Shown: positions 26,057-41,782 of the stretch, in pieces
How the letters are laid out: each line of letters opens with the position of its first letter
Numbering within the stretch: the stretch's first letter is position 1
NCBI GenBank assembly: GCA_951406725.2
Contig: OX597840.1
Span: 20,708,001 to 20,772,000, forward strand
Source of the DNA: Octopus vulgaris
Taxonomy: Eukaryota
DNA length: 64,000 nt
Direction of reading: 5' to 3'
Notes under the pieces: model-generated
Seen by the model: only the letters and a program-made list of their open reading frames with translations
Told to the model about the DNA's origin: nothing
Database searches by the model: none
Position numbers and translations under genes: made by a program

Positions 26057-26262
26057 TATATACCCCCTCCGTCCAATGGACGGTATTGAGTTGTCAAACA
26101 TTCTCACCTTGAATCGATTTTTGTAATTTTTTGAAGACTTATACACGCCCTGATACCGTCGGTATCTACATATCCAATTTGAGCGCAATCGGATGGAGGA
26201 TGCCCGAGATCCAAGAAGACACACAGACAGACAGAACGGATTTTATATATAATATATATAAT
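26057..26262 (+). mobile_element. 3' end of a non-autonomous Helitron-like (Lep1-type) repeat
   Basis: catatccaatttgagcgcaatcgg...ccgag..(ACAG)n...ttttatatataata architecture; short hairpins ccgtccaatggacgg and gataccgtcggtatc. Confidence 0.5.
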
Positions 26263-26276
26263 ATACATATATATAT

Positions 26277-26462
26277 AAGGAGAGTTCACGAAAAAAAACA
26301 AAATACGAAGACAAGTGGTGTACAAAACAAACATGTATTAGTATAACGCTGAGGAATTGAAAGTCTTTTACGTTTCGAGCCTACGCTCTTCTACAGAAAG
26401 GGACACAGAAAAAAAAAACAAGGAATGAAAAAAAAATGTGTAGTGGCTACCGATCTATCATA
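26277..26462 (-). mobile_element. ~180-bp hammerhead-bearing element, subfamily b
   Basis: Matches the reverse complement of 63625-63810; 3' end abuts TA repeats. Confidence 0.85.
26365..26400 (-). ncRNA. Minimal type I hammerhead variant (core CUGUAGA plus A)
   Basis: cttt-CTGTAGA-A-GAGC-gtag-GCTC-GAA-ACGT-A-aaag. Confidence 0.65.
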
Positions 26463-26488
26463 TGTATATATATACATATATACATATG

Positions 26489-26630
<142 letters not shown>

Positions 26631-26873
26631 TTTACACGTATTACGCAATAAAAGAATCTTTGTCAAGAGAATCCCCATCATCCATTATCACAACTACCAC
26701 CACCAACGCAACCCTCCCACCCCTACACCTTCACCACCACTACCACAACCACCACCACCACCACCGCCACTGGCGTAGATTTACAAAAACCTCATTGATA
26801 AATAAACTAGGGAGCACCAGCAGACCAACCAACGCCATGTACAGACCTTAAAGTGAATATATAGACCTTAAAG

Positions 26874-26971
<98 letters not shown>

Positions 26972-27281
26972 TAAAATAAATAAGCGAAGCATATCATTAT
27001 GGCGGTAAGATGATAGAAATTCGGTGTCGCCTTGAAAAGGGGTTGATTGTTGGTTGTCAAAGACATTGTGTAACCTACACGGATAAACGACTCGCTGACC
27101 TCCATGAAGTTTATTGACTGATTTATTTTTTTGTTTATTATTTGTTTATTCATTTCATTTTATTTCTTTGCAGGTTTGAAATGCGGCCATTTTTTTTTTT
27201 TTTTTTAGAAAAAAATAATTTTACACAAAATACGTGTACGTATATTAAATATATCAACGTAACATACACACACACACACAT

Positions 27282-27339
<58 letters not shown>

Positions 27340-27456
27340 GTGTATATATATATTTATATACACATGTATGTATATTTATATATATACGCACACACACACA
27401 CACATATATATATATACATATATATACATAAATACACACATACATATATGTATGTG

Positions 27457-27487
<31 letters not shown>

Positions 27488-27654
27488 ACACGTGTGTGTA
27501 TATATATATAAATGTATATAAACACACATATATATATATATGTATGTGTATATATATGTATATATATATATATATGCACATATATATATATTTATACACA
27601 CATATATATATGTACATATATATATATACATATATATATGTATATATATATATA

Positions 27655-27784
<130 letters not shown>

Positions 27785-27814
27785 GCCATGTTGATTCGTT
27801 AGTTACTGCACGCA

Positions 27815-27998
27815 TTTTTTTTTCTCTCCTTCTTTCTGTGTTTTTTTTTTCTCTCTGTGTATCTTTCTGTTGAAGAGCGTAGGCTCGAAACGTTAAAGAG
27901 TTGTTTTATTTATATTTCCTGAGCGCCATACTAATACAATTGTTTGTTTGTTTCCCACCTGCCTTCGTCTTTTGTCTATTTTCATAAAGCTTCCCGTT
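27815..27998 (+). mobile_element. ~180-bp hammerhead-bearing element, subfamily a
   Basis: Matches 24012-24190; ends ttcataaagcttcccgtt-(TA)n. Confidence 0.85.
27862..27899 (+). ncRNA. Minimal type I hammerhead variant (core CUGUUGA plus A)
   Basis: tcttt-CTGTTGA-A-GAGC-gtag-GCTC-GAA-ACGT-T-aaaga. Confidence 0.65.
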
Positions 27999-28000
27999 AT

Positions 28001-28140
<140 letters not shown>

Positions 28141-28322
28141 TTATTTATTTATTTATTTATTTACCAGGGTGTTTCAAGGTCCGAGAGTTTCGTGCGTTGA
28201 CATTTATCAAAAAAGGTGACCTTGTGTCACTCTGTTACTTCTGCTGAATATTAATAAATATTTTAGAGATGCTCATATTTTGAGTCCTAATTTGTCTTGT
28301 TTGCATCAACATACCGCTAGAT

Positions 28323-28600
28323 AGCCTTGTGAGTGGATTTGGTAGACGGAAACTGAAAGAAGCCTGTCATATATATACGTATATATGTGTGTGTGTGCAT
28401 GTGTATGCGTGTGTGTGCTTGTCCATCTCTTAACAACCGATGCTGGTGTGTTTACGTCCCCGTAACTAAGCGGTTCGACACAACAGACCGATAGAATAAG
28501 TACTAGGCTTACAAAGAATAAGTCCTGGGGTCGATTTACTCGACTAAAGGCGGTGCTCCAGCGTGGCCGCAATCAAATGACTGAAACAAATAAAAGGAAT
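28323..28600 (+). mobile_element. SINE family 1, 5'-truncated copy
   Basis: Matches family 1. Confidence 0.85.
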
Positions 28601-28633
28601 ACATACATATATATATGTGTGTGTGCATGTATG

Positions 28634-28672
<39 letters not shown>

Positions 28673-31289
28673 ATGCATATATATATGTGTGTGTGTGTAT
28701 GTGTATATATATATATATGTGCGTGTGTGTGTGTGTATGCATATATATATGTGTTTGTATATATATGCATATATATATGTGTGTGTGTGTGTGTATGTGT
28801 ATATATATGTGTGTGTGTATGTGTATATATATGTTTGTGTGTATGTATATGCATATATATGTGTGTATGTGTATATATGTTTGTGTGTGTATGTGTATAT
28901 ATATGTGTGTGTGTGTGTGTATGTGTATATCTATGTGTGTGTGTGTATATGCATATATATATATGTGTGTGTGTGTGTATGTGTATGTATATATATATAT
29001 ACGTGTGTGTGTGTGTACAAACGCATACGCACATAAATATAGACACACACACACACACACACACCCATGTGGTTGTTCTTATTACATGTGGCCATATCTA
29101 TTTTATTGAGTTAATGCAGGATCTCATCGTCAACCCTCCCCAACACCACCACCATCACCACCGTCACCGCCGCCGCTGCCGCTGCCGCCTCCTCTTCCTT
29201 CTCCTCCATCATCTCCTCCTCTGCCGCCGCCGCCTCCCTCCCTTTGACACGTAACTCAATCCGATAAGCTTGGTTACTGAACCAACAGGGTGACAAGTTC
29301 CATCTGAATGTGTTCTTGCAACCCACCACCGACGCCATTGCCACAACGGTGCCAACACCACCACCACAGGCAACCACCGTGATCCTCTCCGCTACCACAA
29401 CCACTACAACCACCACAACCACCACCACTACTATCAAAATGATCCTCATCACCTCTAGCACAACCACCATCACCACCATCACCACCACCCTGACCACCAT
29501 CACCACTGCCATCGTTATCAACATTACCACCAGCAATTTCCCAACAACTGCCATCATCACCACCAACACTACCACCACCAACAACAACACCAACACCATA
29601 ACCACCACTACCACCACCAGCACCACCAGCACCGGCATCATCCTCACGGTCAGCTCCACTGCCACCATTACAACCATCGCCAACGCTGTCTACACCTGCA
29701 CCATCACCACCACCGCCACCTCTTGTTACCACCATCACAATCTCCATCACACAACCACCACGGCCACCACCATCATCATCACTACCATCACCACCTCCAC
29801 CACTACCATAACTATAACCACCATCCTCATCATCATCATCATCATCACCGCCGTCACCACCATCAACAGCAACAACACGATCAGCCCCACTACCACCACA
29901 TCTACCACCATCACAACACTTCCACTGCACAACCACCGACACCACTACAACCATAATTACTTCCTTATAAACGCCCCAGACATACCACTTCCACATCACT
30001 ATCAGCACCATACCACCACCACCACTACAACCTCCATAATCATACCACAATCACCACCCCAGATCACCGCAACATTACCACCGATACTGCTAAAGCTTCT
30101 CCACCGCCGCCACCACCATCACCACCACCACCACAACCACCACTACCATACCGTTGTTACTTCGAATCTACGGAGGAACTGCTACGTAGTTACTCTTCTA
30201 GAAATATCAGAAATATCGCCATCAAAGAACGCCCTGCTGCCATCTTACGAAATGACATTTCATTATGTGACCGTAGGTTTCGTGTGCATAAATGGCAAAA
30301 GAAGAGATGGCTCGACCAGGACTCTGATGTCCTTGTTTACAGATGCATGTATGTATGTATGCATGTGTGTGTATGTATGTATGTATGTACGTATGTATGT
30401 ATGTATGTATGTATGTACGTATGTATGTGTGTGTGTATGCATGTATGTATGCATGTATTGTGTATGTATGTATGTATGTATGTATGTATGTATGTATGAA
30501 TGTATGTGTGTATATGAGCAGATTTGTATGTTTTGTTTTATGTATGTCTTCTCATGCATATAGTTACATATCTAGACATGCTCATATATATTTAAATGAT
30601 AAACTTCTGGAAAGTTTTACAGATTTGCACAGTTCCATTGATGGACTGGATCTGTAGTCTTCCAATTAGCTTTCTCCTTTCTGGTTTTGAGAAGCCTAAT
30701 TTCTCAGGATTGAGTATGTATGTATGTATGTATGTATGTATGTACGTATGTATGTATGTATGTATGTATGTATGTATGTATGTATGCATGTATGTATCTA
30801 TGCATGTATGTATGCATGCATGTATGTATGTATGTATGTATGTATGTATGTATGTATGTATGTATGCATGTGTGTGTGTATGTATGTATGTGTATGTATG
30901 TATTTATGTATGTATGTATGTATGTATGTATGTATGCATGTATGTATGTATGTATGTGTGTATGTATGCATGTATGTATGTATGTATGTATGTATATGTG
31001 TGTGTGTGTGTGTGTATGTAGGTGTGTAGAAATACGTTCGTATAAATTCAGACCAAGTATTGTTGTTAGGCGTGACCAGAACGAGACTAAAGGCGGAAGT
31101 GTGACAGACGAAATGTGAGGAGGGGGGGAGTAAGAGGGTGGTGGCGGTGGGAGTAGATCAAATCACTTCGCAGACACATTCACCCACAGAACCTTAACAA
31201 AGAAGGACGGGGTTAGGGATTAGGGGTTAGGGGATAGGGGTTAAACCCTGTTGCTTACATTTTTCTTTTAATTCCCAGCACCACCTTCA

Positions 31290-31339
<50 letters not shown>

Positions 31340-31499
31340 TCATACACATACACACACACATATATATATAATTAAGGTTATATAAAAAAAAAAATTTTGT
31401 AAACGTTCCTACCGATAATGGTTCTCTTTCCATACCGAAACTATTTGATAATAATTATTAATTTTTAAGATTAATAATTATTTACCTTTATATTAGTAA

Positions 31500-31580
<81 letters not shown>

Positions 31581-31582
<2 letters not shown>

Positions 31583-31790
31583 ATCAGCAACAATTTAGAT
31601 TCAAATGAATATGGTACTTAATTTAGATGCACCAGAATTTTGTATGGTGTTACCCATAAAAATTTACGGGGTGATAATAATAAAAAAATAAGCAGCAAGA
31701 ATGATTCCGGTAATTTGGTACAATTGTTTCATACTACAACATTTTATTAAATATTACAGCAGATTTAAGATGCTGAGTAATCTTCAGCCA
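31581..31790 (-). mobile_element. Same AT-rich family as 20989-21168, abutting (TA)n
   Basis: Reverse-complement similarity over about 170 bp; residual CTGAAGA on the minus strand near 31781-31787. Confidence 0.75.
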
Positions 31791-31816
31791 ACTTATATGT
31801 TTTCCAATAATATATT

Positions 31817-31881
<65 letters not shown>

Positions 31882-32009
31882 ATATATATTTATATATATA
31901 CATCGAAGACAATAGGGAGAATGTAGTCTTCAAAACATCTAAAATGAGATATTTAGGGTGTTATAAATTAATTAGTATCATGACTGACCGTTCTAAAAGA
32001 TTATATATT

Positions 32010-32089
<80 letters not shown>

Positions 32090-32665
32090 CAGGCAGATAG
32101 ATGGAGAAATGCGGATACTCATTTCTGCTTAAATCCATGCTTCTCTACGTGCGTCAGTCACTCTCTGACTTTGTGTCTGTCGGAGATCTTTTTCTCCCAA
32201 CTCATCAATGTTGTGATACGCAACACTTGTCAATCTCCCCTGAGAACACCGCAACCAAAGTTTTTTTGAAAGGAGACTAAATACGTGACCATCACTAAAG
32301 ATAAAAAGCCACCGATTAATTTGTTCCAACGATGGCATAGAACAGAAGAAGTCCAGTGACTTCAAGTACGCTGTGTTCTCAGTCGCTGACGATATGAAAG
32401 ACTTCCTTACTCGCAAGGGACTGCTTTCCAGTTTCTGTTACAAGCCTCCTAACTTCCGCCTTTCAAGCATCACGAAGTCGAAACAGTTTGCTTTCGCCAA
32501 AGCATGTTTACCAAGAATCTTTTGTCTCTGTGGAGTTAAAAAATTGGACAATGAAGAAAGAGCTTCAAGACCGCCCCAATGCAGAACCGGATTAAAACCC
32601 ATAAAGGCTCCAAGCACTTAAAGGATTAGGGTGTTTCCGTAGGTGCAGTCGTGGCCGTGTAGTAA

Positions 32666-32898
32666 GGCGGTGAGCTGGCAGAACCGTTAGCACGCCGGGC
32701 GAAATGCTTAGCGGTATTTCGTCTGCTGTTACGTTCAGAGTTCAAATTCCGCGAAGGTCGACTTTGCCTTTCATCCTTTCGGGATCGATTAAATAAGTAC
32801 CAGTTACGCACTGGGGTCGATGTAATCGACTTAATCCGTTTGTCTGTCCTTGTTTGTCCCCTCTATGTTTAGCCCCTTGTGGGTAGTAAAGAAATAAG
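32666..32898 (+). mobile_element. SINE family 2, full-length copy
   Basis: tRNA-like head (gagctggcagaa, gagttcaaattcc B-box); at least 7 copies in the window. Confidence 0.9.
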
Positions 32899-33042
32899 AG
32901 GCTTACTTCCTAGCCACATGGTTCAGGGTTCAATGCCACCATGTAGCACCTTGGGAAACTGTCTTCTATTATAACCTCGGGCCTACCAAAGCCTCGTGAG
33001 TAAATATGGTAGACGGAAACTGAAAGAATCCCGTCGTATATA

Positions 33043-33088
<46 letters not shown>

Positions 33089-33115
33089 CATGTATGTGTT
33101 ATGTATATGTGTATG

Positions 33116-33200
<85 letters not shown>

Positions 33201-33350
33201 GTATGTATATATATATATATATATATACATATGCGTGTATGTCTTTGTGTCTGCGTTTGGCTCCCACTACCACTTGACAACTGGTATTGGTGTGTTCACG
33301 TCCCCATAACTTAGCGGTTCGACAAGAGAGATCGATAGAATAAGTACTAG
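32899..33350 (+). mobile_element. SINE family 1 copy with expanded internal microsatellite
   Basis: Matches family 1; its head appears split off at about 32641-32663 by the family 2 insertion. Confidence 0.8.
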
Positions 33351-33867
33351 TGATACACTGGAGTCGATGTAATCGACCCCCCCCCAAAAAAAAAATTGCT
33401 GACCTTGTGTCAAAATTTGAAATCAATATTAAGTATTTCTCGGACGAAGATTCAAACTGTTATTCAAATATGCAAATAAGAAGGTCGTATTAAAAAAATG
33501 TACCGAGGAACTTTGCAAAACAGAGAAGAAGCCAAAAAACAAAATTCATACAAACCTCAGCAAACGAAAAGGACCATATATCTTTTTAAAATGCTGTTCA
33601 ACATGGTTTTTTTTTAATTTTTAGGTGAAGGGGTTGAGCATTTTAATGCGAGGTTGTCAAAACTAAGTGTTGATAAATGGCTTCAAAATCTCCATTAGAC
33701 ATTCAAGAGGAGTAACGAGATTTCTGAAAGAGCTTCAACATCGGGGAACATAAGATGGAGGATAAATTACGTTGGAGGATTTTAAAATAGAAAAATCTGG
33801 GAGGAATTTTGTTTTTTAATTATGATTTATGGCGACATCGTATTTCGTTATGCATCAATAATATACT

Positions 33868-34229
33868 GGGATAGAAGCACTCCGTCGGTTACGACGACGA
33901 GGATTCCGGTTGAAATTAACGTGTAAGTGGCTGAGCACTCCACAGACACGTGCACCCTTAACGTAGTTCTCGGGGATATTCAGCGTGACACAGAGAGTGA
34001 CAAGGCCGGCCCTTTTGAAATACAGGTACAACAGAAACAGGAAGTAAGAGTGAGAGAAAGTTGTGGTGAAAGAGTACGGCAGGGATCACCACCATCCCCT
34101 GCCAGAGCCTCGTGGAGCTTTTTAGGTGTTTTCGCTCAATAAACACTCACAACACCCGGTCTGGGAATCGAAACCGCGATCCTATGACCGCGAGTCCGCT
34201 GCCTAACCACTGGGCCATTGTGCCTCCAC
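33868..34229 (-). mobile_element. SINE family 3 (tRNA-derived head)
   Basis: Head ggaggcacaatggcccagtggttagg...ggtttcgattccc; matches 41497-41610. Confidence 0.85.
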
Positions 34230-34527
34230 CCATAATATACTACAGAGTGTGTTAAACGTTTTTAGACGTCAATGTCGTGTCCTTCTGTGTTAGCAGTGCG
34301 ATTACATCGCTTGTTAAGGTTGGCTCTACGGAGTTTCGATTGAAGTTATAGACGGAAACGTTGTTGTTATCATCAACATCATCATCATCATCACCATCAA
34401 CAACAACACCACTATCGTCGTCACCATCATCATTGTCAACATCAACATCGATCGTCAACACCGCCAATATATTGTCGTCATACCACAAATATAACCATAT
34501 TCCCCTTCCTCCTCCTCCTCCTCCTCC

Positions 34528-34561
<34 letters not shown>

Positions 34562-35146
34562 CACCGCCGCCGCCGCCCTTATGTAAACTCTAACAACGAA
34601 ACAGAAAACAGATAAAGATATCAAATAACTGATGGCATAATGGTTGTGGTGGTGGTGGGGGTGGTCGTGGTCGTGGTGGTGGAGGCGGTGGGCGGCATTG
34701 GTAGTGGTGGTGGTGGTGGTGGTGGTGGTGGAGGTGGTGGTGGTGGTGGTGGTGGTGGTGGTGGTGGTAGCGATCTATACATCAGTAACATGGTGGTGGT
34801 GATGATGATGATGTTGATGGTGGTGATGATGATGATGATGATGATGATGGTGGTGATGATGATGATGATGATGATGATGACGATGATGATGATGATGATG
34901 GTAATGATGGTAATATTGGTGGTGGTGGTGGTGGTGGTGGTGATAGGGGGGGATAGATATGGTGGGGACTGATGGCAGCGTTTATTTCATTTTTCATAGA
35001 ACAGTTGGATAGAACCCGTCCACGTATTTTGAGGAGGAGGAGGAGGAGGAGGAGGATGGAGATGGAGAGAGGATAACATTAGCGGAAGAGGATGGTTTGA
35101 AAAATAGAGATGATCTATTTGTGTGTGTGTGTGTGTGTGTATACTT

Positions 35147-35177
<31 letters not shown>

Positions 35178-36463
35178 CATGTATGTGTATGTATATGTAT
35201 ATGTATACGTGTGTATATATGTATATATGTTTTCCCGCACGTGTATGTGTGTGTGCATGTACATGCATGTATATATATATATATATATGTGCGTGTGTGT
35301 GTGTGTGAGTTTATATATATGCGTGTGTATGTGTGTGTAAATATATATATATATATGTGTGTGTGTGCGTGTGTATGTGTGTATGTGTGTGTATGTCACA
35401 AACAGAGAGAGAGAGAGAGAAACAGACAGACAGACAGGCAGGCAGGTAGATTGACAAACAGACAGACAGGTGCCATTTTGCTTTCGCTTTTTAACAACGG
35501 ACGGAAGTTTTTGCTTCCATTTTGAACAGCAACAACAACAACAACAGCAATATTAACAACTCTGACTCTTGTTTTTAAAAAAAAATTATAAAATCAGACA
35601 AAAAAAAGTAACGCATCCTCATCCGGTGGAATGAAATCGAACCCGCCACCACAGGTCACAAATCAAGAGGGAAATATTTTTGTTAGCTTTTCAAGCGAAA
35701 TCATACAATCCGACATGATTTATTTTTGTTGGTTGCCAAAATAGCTTACGCTGCGGCAGGCGGCAGAGGGCGGCGGCAGGTGGAGCGCGGCGGTGAAAGG
35801 CAGTGGGCGGCGGCGCCGAGCGATTGTTCGCCGGTGGTGGTGTCGACAGGGACTTCGAAGTTTCGGCTTGCTCGCCGTCGTATAGTAACAACCTTAACAA
35901 AACATTAATTACTTCATGGTCGCCAAGCTGGATATAATGATCGCTTTCACAGGACACTGTAAAAAGCCTGTGGTGGTGGTAGGGCGAAGGATCTCGCGAT
36001 TTCAAGGAAGGAAAGAAGGAAAGCAAGTCTGGAAGCCATGGGACACAGTATTCCACTCTTTATGAGAAAACGAACCACGTTTGCCAAATGCACCGCTGTC
36101 AACTTCCCCGCGGGTTCAAGGTCGGGAAGATTGTTACGTGCATTGCGAAAACCACGGGGCGACAAAACACATTTGAGCCACATTGTGACATATCGTGCCA
36201 CCAGGGCTTCTAAGTCTAGACGTACGGTCTCATAGCACAACAGGGTCTGCTAGCTTTCAGAATTTAATTTAATGCATCTTTATTAAGTTTAAATAATATT
36301 ATGAAAAAAATTTCTTTTTAAAGAATTTTACCAGGTTTTATCAATTTTGTAAACGTTTTCTCAATTCTGTTTTTGTTCGGCTTCTATCAGATTTTATGAA
36401 TTATATTTTAACCTTCGACACCGAGCACGAATATGTCGCTCTCGGCGGGACAGCCCGATATCT

Positions 36464-36518
<55 letters not shown>

Positions 36519-36677
36519 TACATACATACATACATACATGCATACATACATACATACAAACATGTATATATATATATATGTGTGTATATATGTGTATATA
36601 TGTATATATGTGTATATATGTATATATATGTGTGTGTGTGTGTGCGTGCATATATATATATACATGCATACATATAT

Positions 36678-36710
<33 letters not shown>

Positions 36711-36763
36711 ATATAGATACTTGTATATGCATTTCTAAATATAAAAAGATTTTATATATGTAT

Positions 36764-36840
<77 letters not shown>

Positions 36841-37495
36841 TGTATGTATGTATGTATGTATGTATGTATGTATGTATGTATACACACACACATACACACA
36901 CACACCCAGAGCAAGAAAGGGAGAGAGACAGAAGTGGACCAACTGGTGATCAGCCCTATTGATTTCACAGTGAGGTGAAATCAGAAGTTTTTGTGTCTAA
37001 CTTCTTTTACATTATATCAGAAAGAAAAGTAGTGTGCATGAGGGAGAGGGAGAGGAGGATAGAGAGAGAAAGCGAGAGAGAGAGAGAGAGAGAGAGGGAG
37101 AGTATCTGTGTGCCTTGGCTTCTTATAATTTCCGTTTACCAAATCTACTATGTCCGGGGACATAGTAGAAGACCCTTTCCTAAGGTGCCATGCAGTGGAA
37201 CTGAACCCCAGATCTATGTAGTTGAGCAGGAAACTTCATACCACACAGACACGCCTACGTCTAGACAAAATTTAAAAGGGTAAAGATCCTTCAGGGTACG
37301 TTAAGATTCAGGCCGCTTGTAAACACTGTAAGTAGTTACGTCAGAGATCTTTACCGCCTGTGACTCTCGTAACGTCCGCCCAGCTACGCAGAGTGGCTCT
37401 AAATATAACCGAAGACACGACTTAGGGAGTTACTATGAGCAACAACAATGGCCCAAGGACGATACCTTGAGGGACACCATTTGCAATTTATGTTT

Positions 37496-37530
<35 letters not shown>

Positions 37531-37692
37531 CATTGGCTCGCTACAACTGCCGAGCCGCTGTCCCAGATTTCGTACAATGCAAAGATCTTACAGTTTGTGA
37601 CATATGCTTGAGATTGATTTCGAAAGAAAGCCTTTTGCAAAATCAATATATATGCACATTCAGGTTCGATTGGTTGAGTAACTTCTTTGACA

Positions 37693-37771
<79 letters not shown>

Positions 37772-37932
37772 ATGGATGTGTTTCTGGTGATGTGTGCGTA
37801 CATATATTTATATAAGTATATATGGATATGCATGTATATGTATATTTTTAGATAGTTATGTATATGTGTGTGTGTGTGAGTTTATATGTGTATATTATAC
37901 AGGTATTTATATAATGAACATACATGTGTGTG

Positions 37933-37992
<60 letters not shown>

Positions 37993-38052
37993 CACACACA
38001 TAAATATACACTCACATATTATCTTTATATATAATTATATAAATATATATGT

Positions 38053-38148
<96 letters not shown>

Positions 38149-38687
38149 GTGTCTCTCTCTATATCTATAAGTATACACCTATACATATACATATAGAGGA
38201 GAGTGAAAGAAACAAAGAAAAGGAGGAAGAAAGAAAGAGAAAAGAAAAGAAAGATCGTTTATAAATTTTTTGCTTTTCTCATACATTCTCATACACTTAT
38301 ATATTTATATATTTATATATATATATCGTATATTTATTGATAACTTTACATGGTGTTCTATATGTATAAACCCGAAGTGAAAGAGATCGGCTGTCTCCAG
38401 ACGACAAATCTACATTGATTTCACGGCCGAACGAAGGCATTTCTTTTTATCTGTCCATTCTCTCTGACACCAACAGAAAAGGAGTGGTGGATGTCTGTCG
38501 ATTTGGGCTTCCGAAGCAGTGGTTTTGTTTGCCGTAAACAGGCATTCTTCGGCTAGAATACTAAACATGGCGCCATAGGTCTCTCCGCGTTGCTCTACCT
38601 GACGTATGTCATTTAAAAGTTGGCGGCTGCGTGGCGCACGACCGTCTAAGAGTTATGGAGTTCTGGTTAGCGTGTGAGTGTGAGTGA

Positions 38688-38748
<61 letters not shown>

Positions 38749-38823
38749 TGTGTGTGCGCATATACATGCATACACACACAGTGAGAAAGTATATGTATCT
38801 ATAAGCGTATGTCTGTATGTGTG

Positions 38824-38876
<53 letters not shown>

Positions 38877-38972
38877 GAGTGTGTGTGCGTGTGTGTACAT
38901 GAGTGAGGAAGTAAAAGTTTATATATACCTATATGTGTATGTATATATGTACGTGTCATATATATATATAAT

Positions 38973-39020
<48 letters not shown>

Positions 39021-39050
39021 ATGTATTGATGTATGTGGACATAATGCATA

Positions 39051-39093
<43 letters not shown>

Positions 39094-41496
39094 CACACAA
39101 ATATATACAATTGTTTATATAAACATAATTGAGTTTGTATGAGGTTCATATACAACTACACAATACATATATACATACATATGTATGTATATACATATAT
39201 ATATGGATGTATGTTTGCATATATGTGTGTATGTATATGTGTGTGTGTGTGTGTGTGTGTATAAGCTCTGCGCACGCGCACACTCAAACGCAACACCACC
39301 ATTAATAACGAACACAAGCAAATCTCTTCGCTTCGACATTAATCCAGAGTTTTTCCAAAACATAACTTTTCACTCCCTCATCCTTCTCCTCATCCTAATA
39401 CCTCCTCCCACCTTTTATTTCCTATCCTCTTGCTTTCTTCTCTCTCTCCTCCCACTCTCACCGTCTTCCTCCGAACACCTTTCTTACTTTGTATCCCTTA
39501 CCACCACCACCACCACCACCACTGCTGTTGCTTCTGCCGCCACCGCCACCACAACCATCAACAACAACATCACCACCGCCTCCGCTTTCTGCAGCATCAC
39601 CACCACCAACAACAAGGCTACCACCACCTCCACCATCGTCATCACCGCCATTAATCCATAAAAATGGGGCTTTTTTTCCGCAAAACTATTTCACAGAAAA
39701 CAGTAAAAATAGAAACATCTTAACCTCTCTCCATGCTCCGATGATTGTGTGTGTGTGTGTGTGTGTGCGTGTCTGTGTGTGTGCATTTGTGCATGTGTGC
39801 GTGTCTGTGTGTGCGCGTGTATATGTTTGCATGTGTGTGCATATGTGCGTGTGTGTGTGCTTGTGTGTGTGTGTGTGTGCGTGCGTGTGCGCGCGCATGC
39901 GCTTGTGCTCGTATGCGTGTGTGTGTGTGTATGTTTGTGTTTGATTGTGTGTGTGTGTGCGTTTGTGCATGTCTGCGTGTCTGTGTGTGCGCGTGTGTGT
40001 GTTTTCATGTGTGTGTACATATGTGAGCATGTGCGTGTGTGTATGTGTATATGTGTGTGTGTGTGTGTGTGAGCTGCCGTAGCCGAGTGGTTAAGACGTT
40101 CGCTTTGCAACCACACATTTCCGTATCCAGTCATACTACGACGTACCTTCACCTCGGACAAATGTTTCTTGCTACGGCACCCGGCTAACCAATGCCTTGT
40201 GGGGTAATTCCGTAGACGGAAACTATTCGGAAGCCTGTCGTATGTGTGAGTGTGTACGTGTGTGATTATGTATGTATGTATGTATGCATGCATGCATGTA
40301 TGTACGTATGTATGTATGTCATTATTTAGTTTTATTTCAAGATTTCTTGCCAAAGAGACGGTTTCTAACCTAGATCCAAGGCTCCTTCATTGTATTTAAC
40401 AATATCTGTGATTTTGATTTTAATAAGCGGATAATTCTTTAATCATTTAAAATAGTTTGTAAATCACGAATTATGATAACGATGACCGTGTACAAGAAGG
40501 AGAGAGAGAGAGAGAGAGAAGAAAAAGAAGAAGAAGAAGAAGAAGAAGAAGAAGAAGAAGAAGAAGAAGAAGAAGAAGAAGAAGAAGAAGAAGAAGACGG
40601 ACGAGGAGGAGGAGATCGATGGATGGGTGGATAAACAAACACAGACACAGATAGATAGATAGATAACCACCACCACCAGAGAAAGAAGGAGGAAGAGGAA
40701 GAGGGGAGGAGGAGGGTGCAAGATAGAGAAACACAAGATAAAGAAACATGAGAGAGGGAGGGAGATAGAGAGAGAGATAGAGAGAGGTGGGCAGACAGAC
40801 AGACAGACAGATAGATAAACAAAGACAGACAGATTCAAAGGAAGAGACGTGGTGAATGAAAGAGAGGAGTAGAAAGAGATAGAGAGAGAGGCGGTAGAGA
40901 GAGAGGCGGTAGAGAGAGAGGCGGTAGAGAGAGAGGCGGTAGAGAGAGAGGGAGAGAGAGAGAGGGGGGGGAGGGAGGGAGGTGGGAGGCAGATGACCAA
41001 GACAGGAAAAATAAAAAGGTTGAACATTGTTTCACCAGTGTAACCGAGTGGAACGGATCGAGAGACAACGATCTCTCTCTCGCCTGTCTGGCGGCGACTT
41101 GCGTTACATTAGGAACCACAAACATTACTTGATCGTCGATAACGATCGAGTGTGGTTAAATCATGACTGCATGAAGGAACGGAGGGGGAGGGGAGACAGA
41201 CAGAGAGAGAAAGAAAGAGCGAGAGAGAGAGAGTGAGAGACAGGTGGTCGGCGGCGGGGGCCACGATGAAACACGACACCTTGTTGATAACCTCTGCCCC
41301 ACAGCTGTATCACCGCTCTAAATCCACGCTGAAATCGGTTAAGTCCACGTTGTGAGAGAAGATAGACCAGCGCCGGCAGTTCTGTTTGGTGCGAGGACGA
41401 AATGGCTGAGCGGAAGTGAGCGATGAAGGTTTGAGATTTCACTGGTCTCAATACAAAAAAAAAACAAAAAAATAAAAAACAACAACAGCAACAGCT

Positions 41497-41610
41497 GGAG
41501 GCGCAATGGCCCACTGGTTAGGGCAGCGGGCTCGCGGTCGGAGGATCGCGGTTTCGATTCCCAGACCGGGCGTTGTGTGTGTTTATTGAGCGAAAACACC
41601 TAAAAGCTCC
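41497..41610 (+). mobile_element. SINE family 3 head fragment
   Basis: A and B boxes; matches 34113-34229. Confidence 0.85.
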
Positions 41611-41741
41611 TAGCGAAGGACGGAGAGAGGAAGAAGAGGAGGAGGAAAAGAGAGATAGAGAAAGAGATGAAGAAAAAAAAGGAAAAGAAAGACGAACAAG
41701 AAAAGGGAGGGAAAAAGGAAGAAAATGAAAGAGAAGAAAAA

Positions 41742-41782
<41 letters not shown>

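Noticed and set aside
32109-32580. Complex sequence with 82-95 aa ORFs (also 35691-36240)
   Set aside because: No recognisable protein in the frames I translated; needs BLASTx and is left unannotated
41497-41572. tRNA-like sequences at SINE heads
   Set aside because: No complete cloverleaf, and they continue into SINE bodies, so they are not tRNA genes
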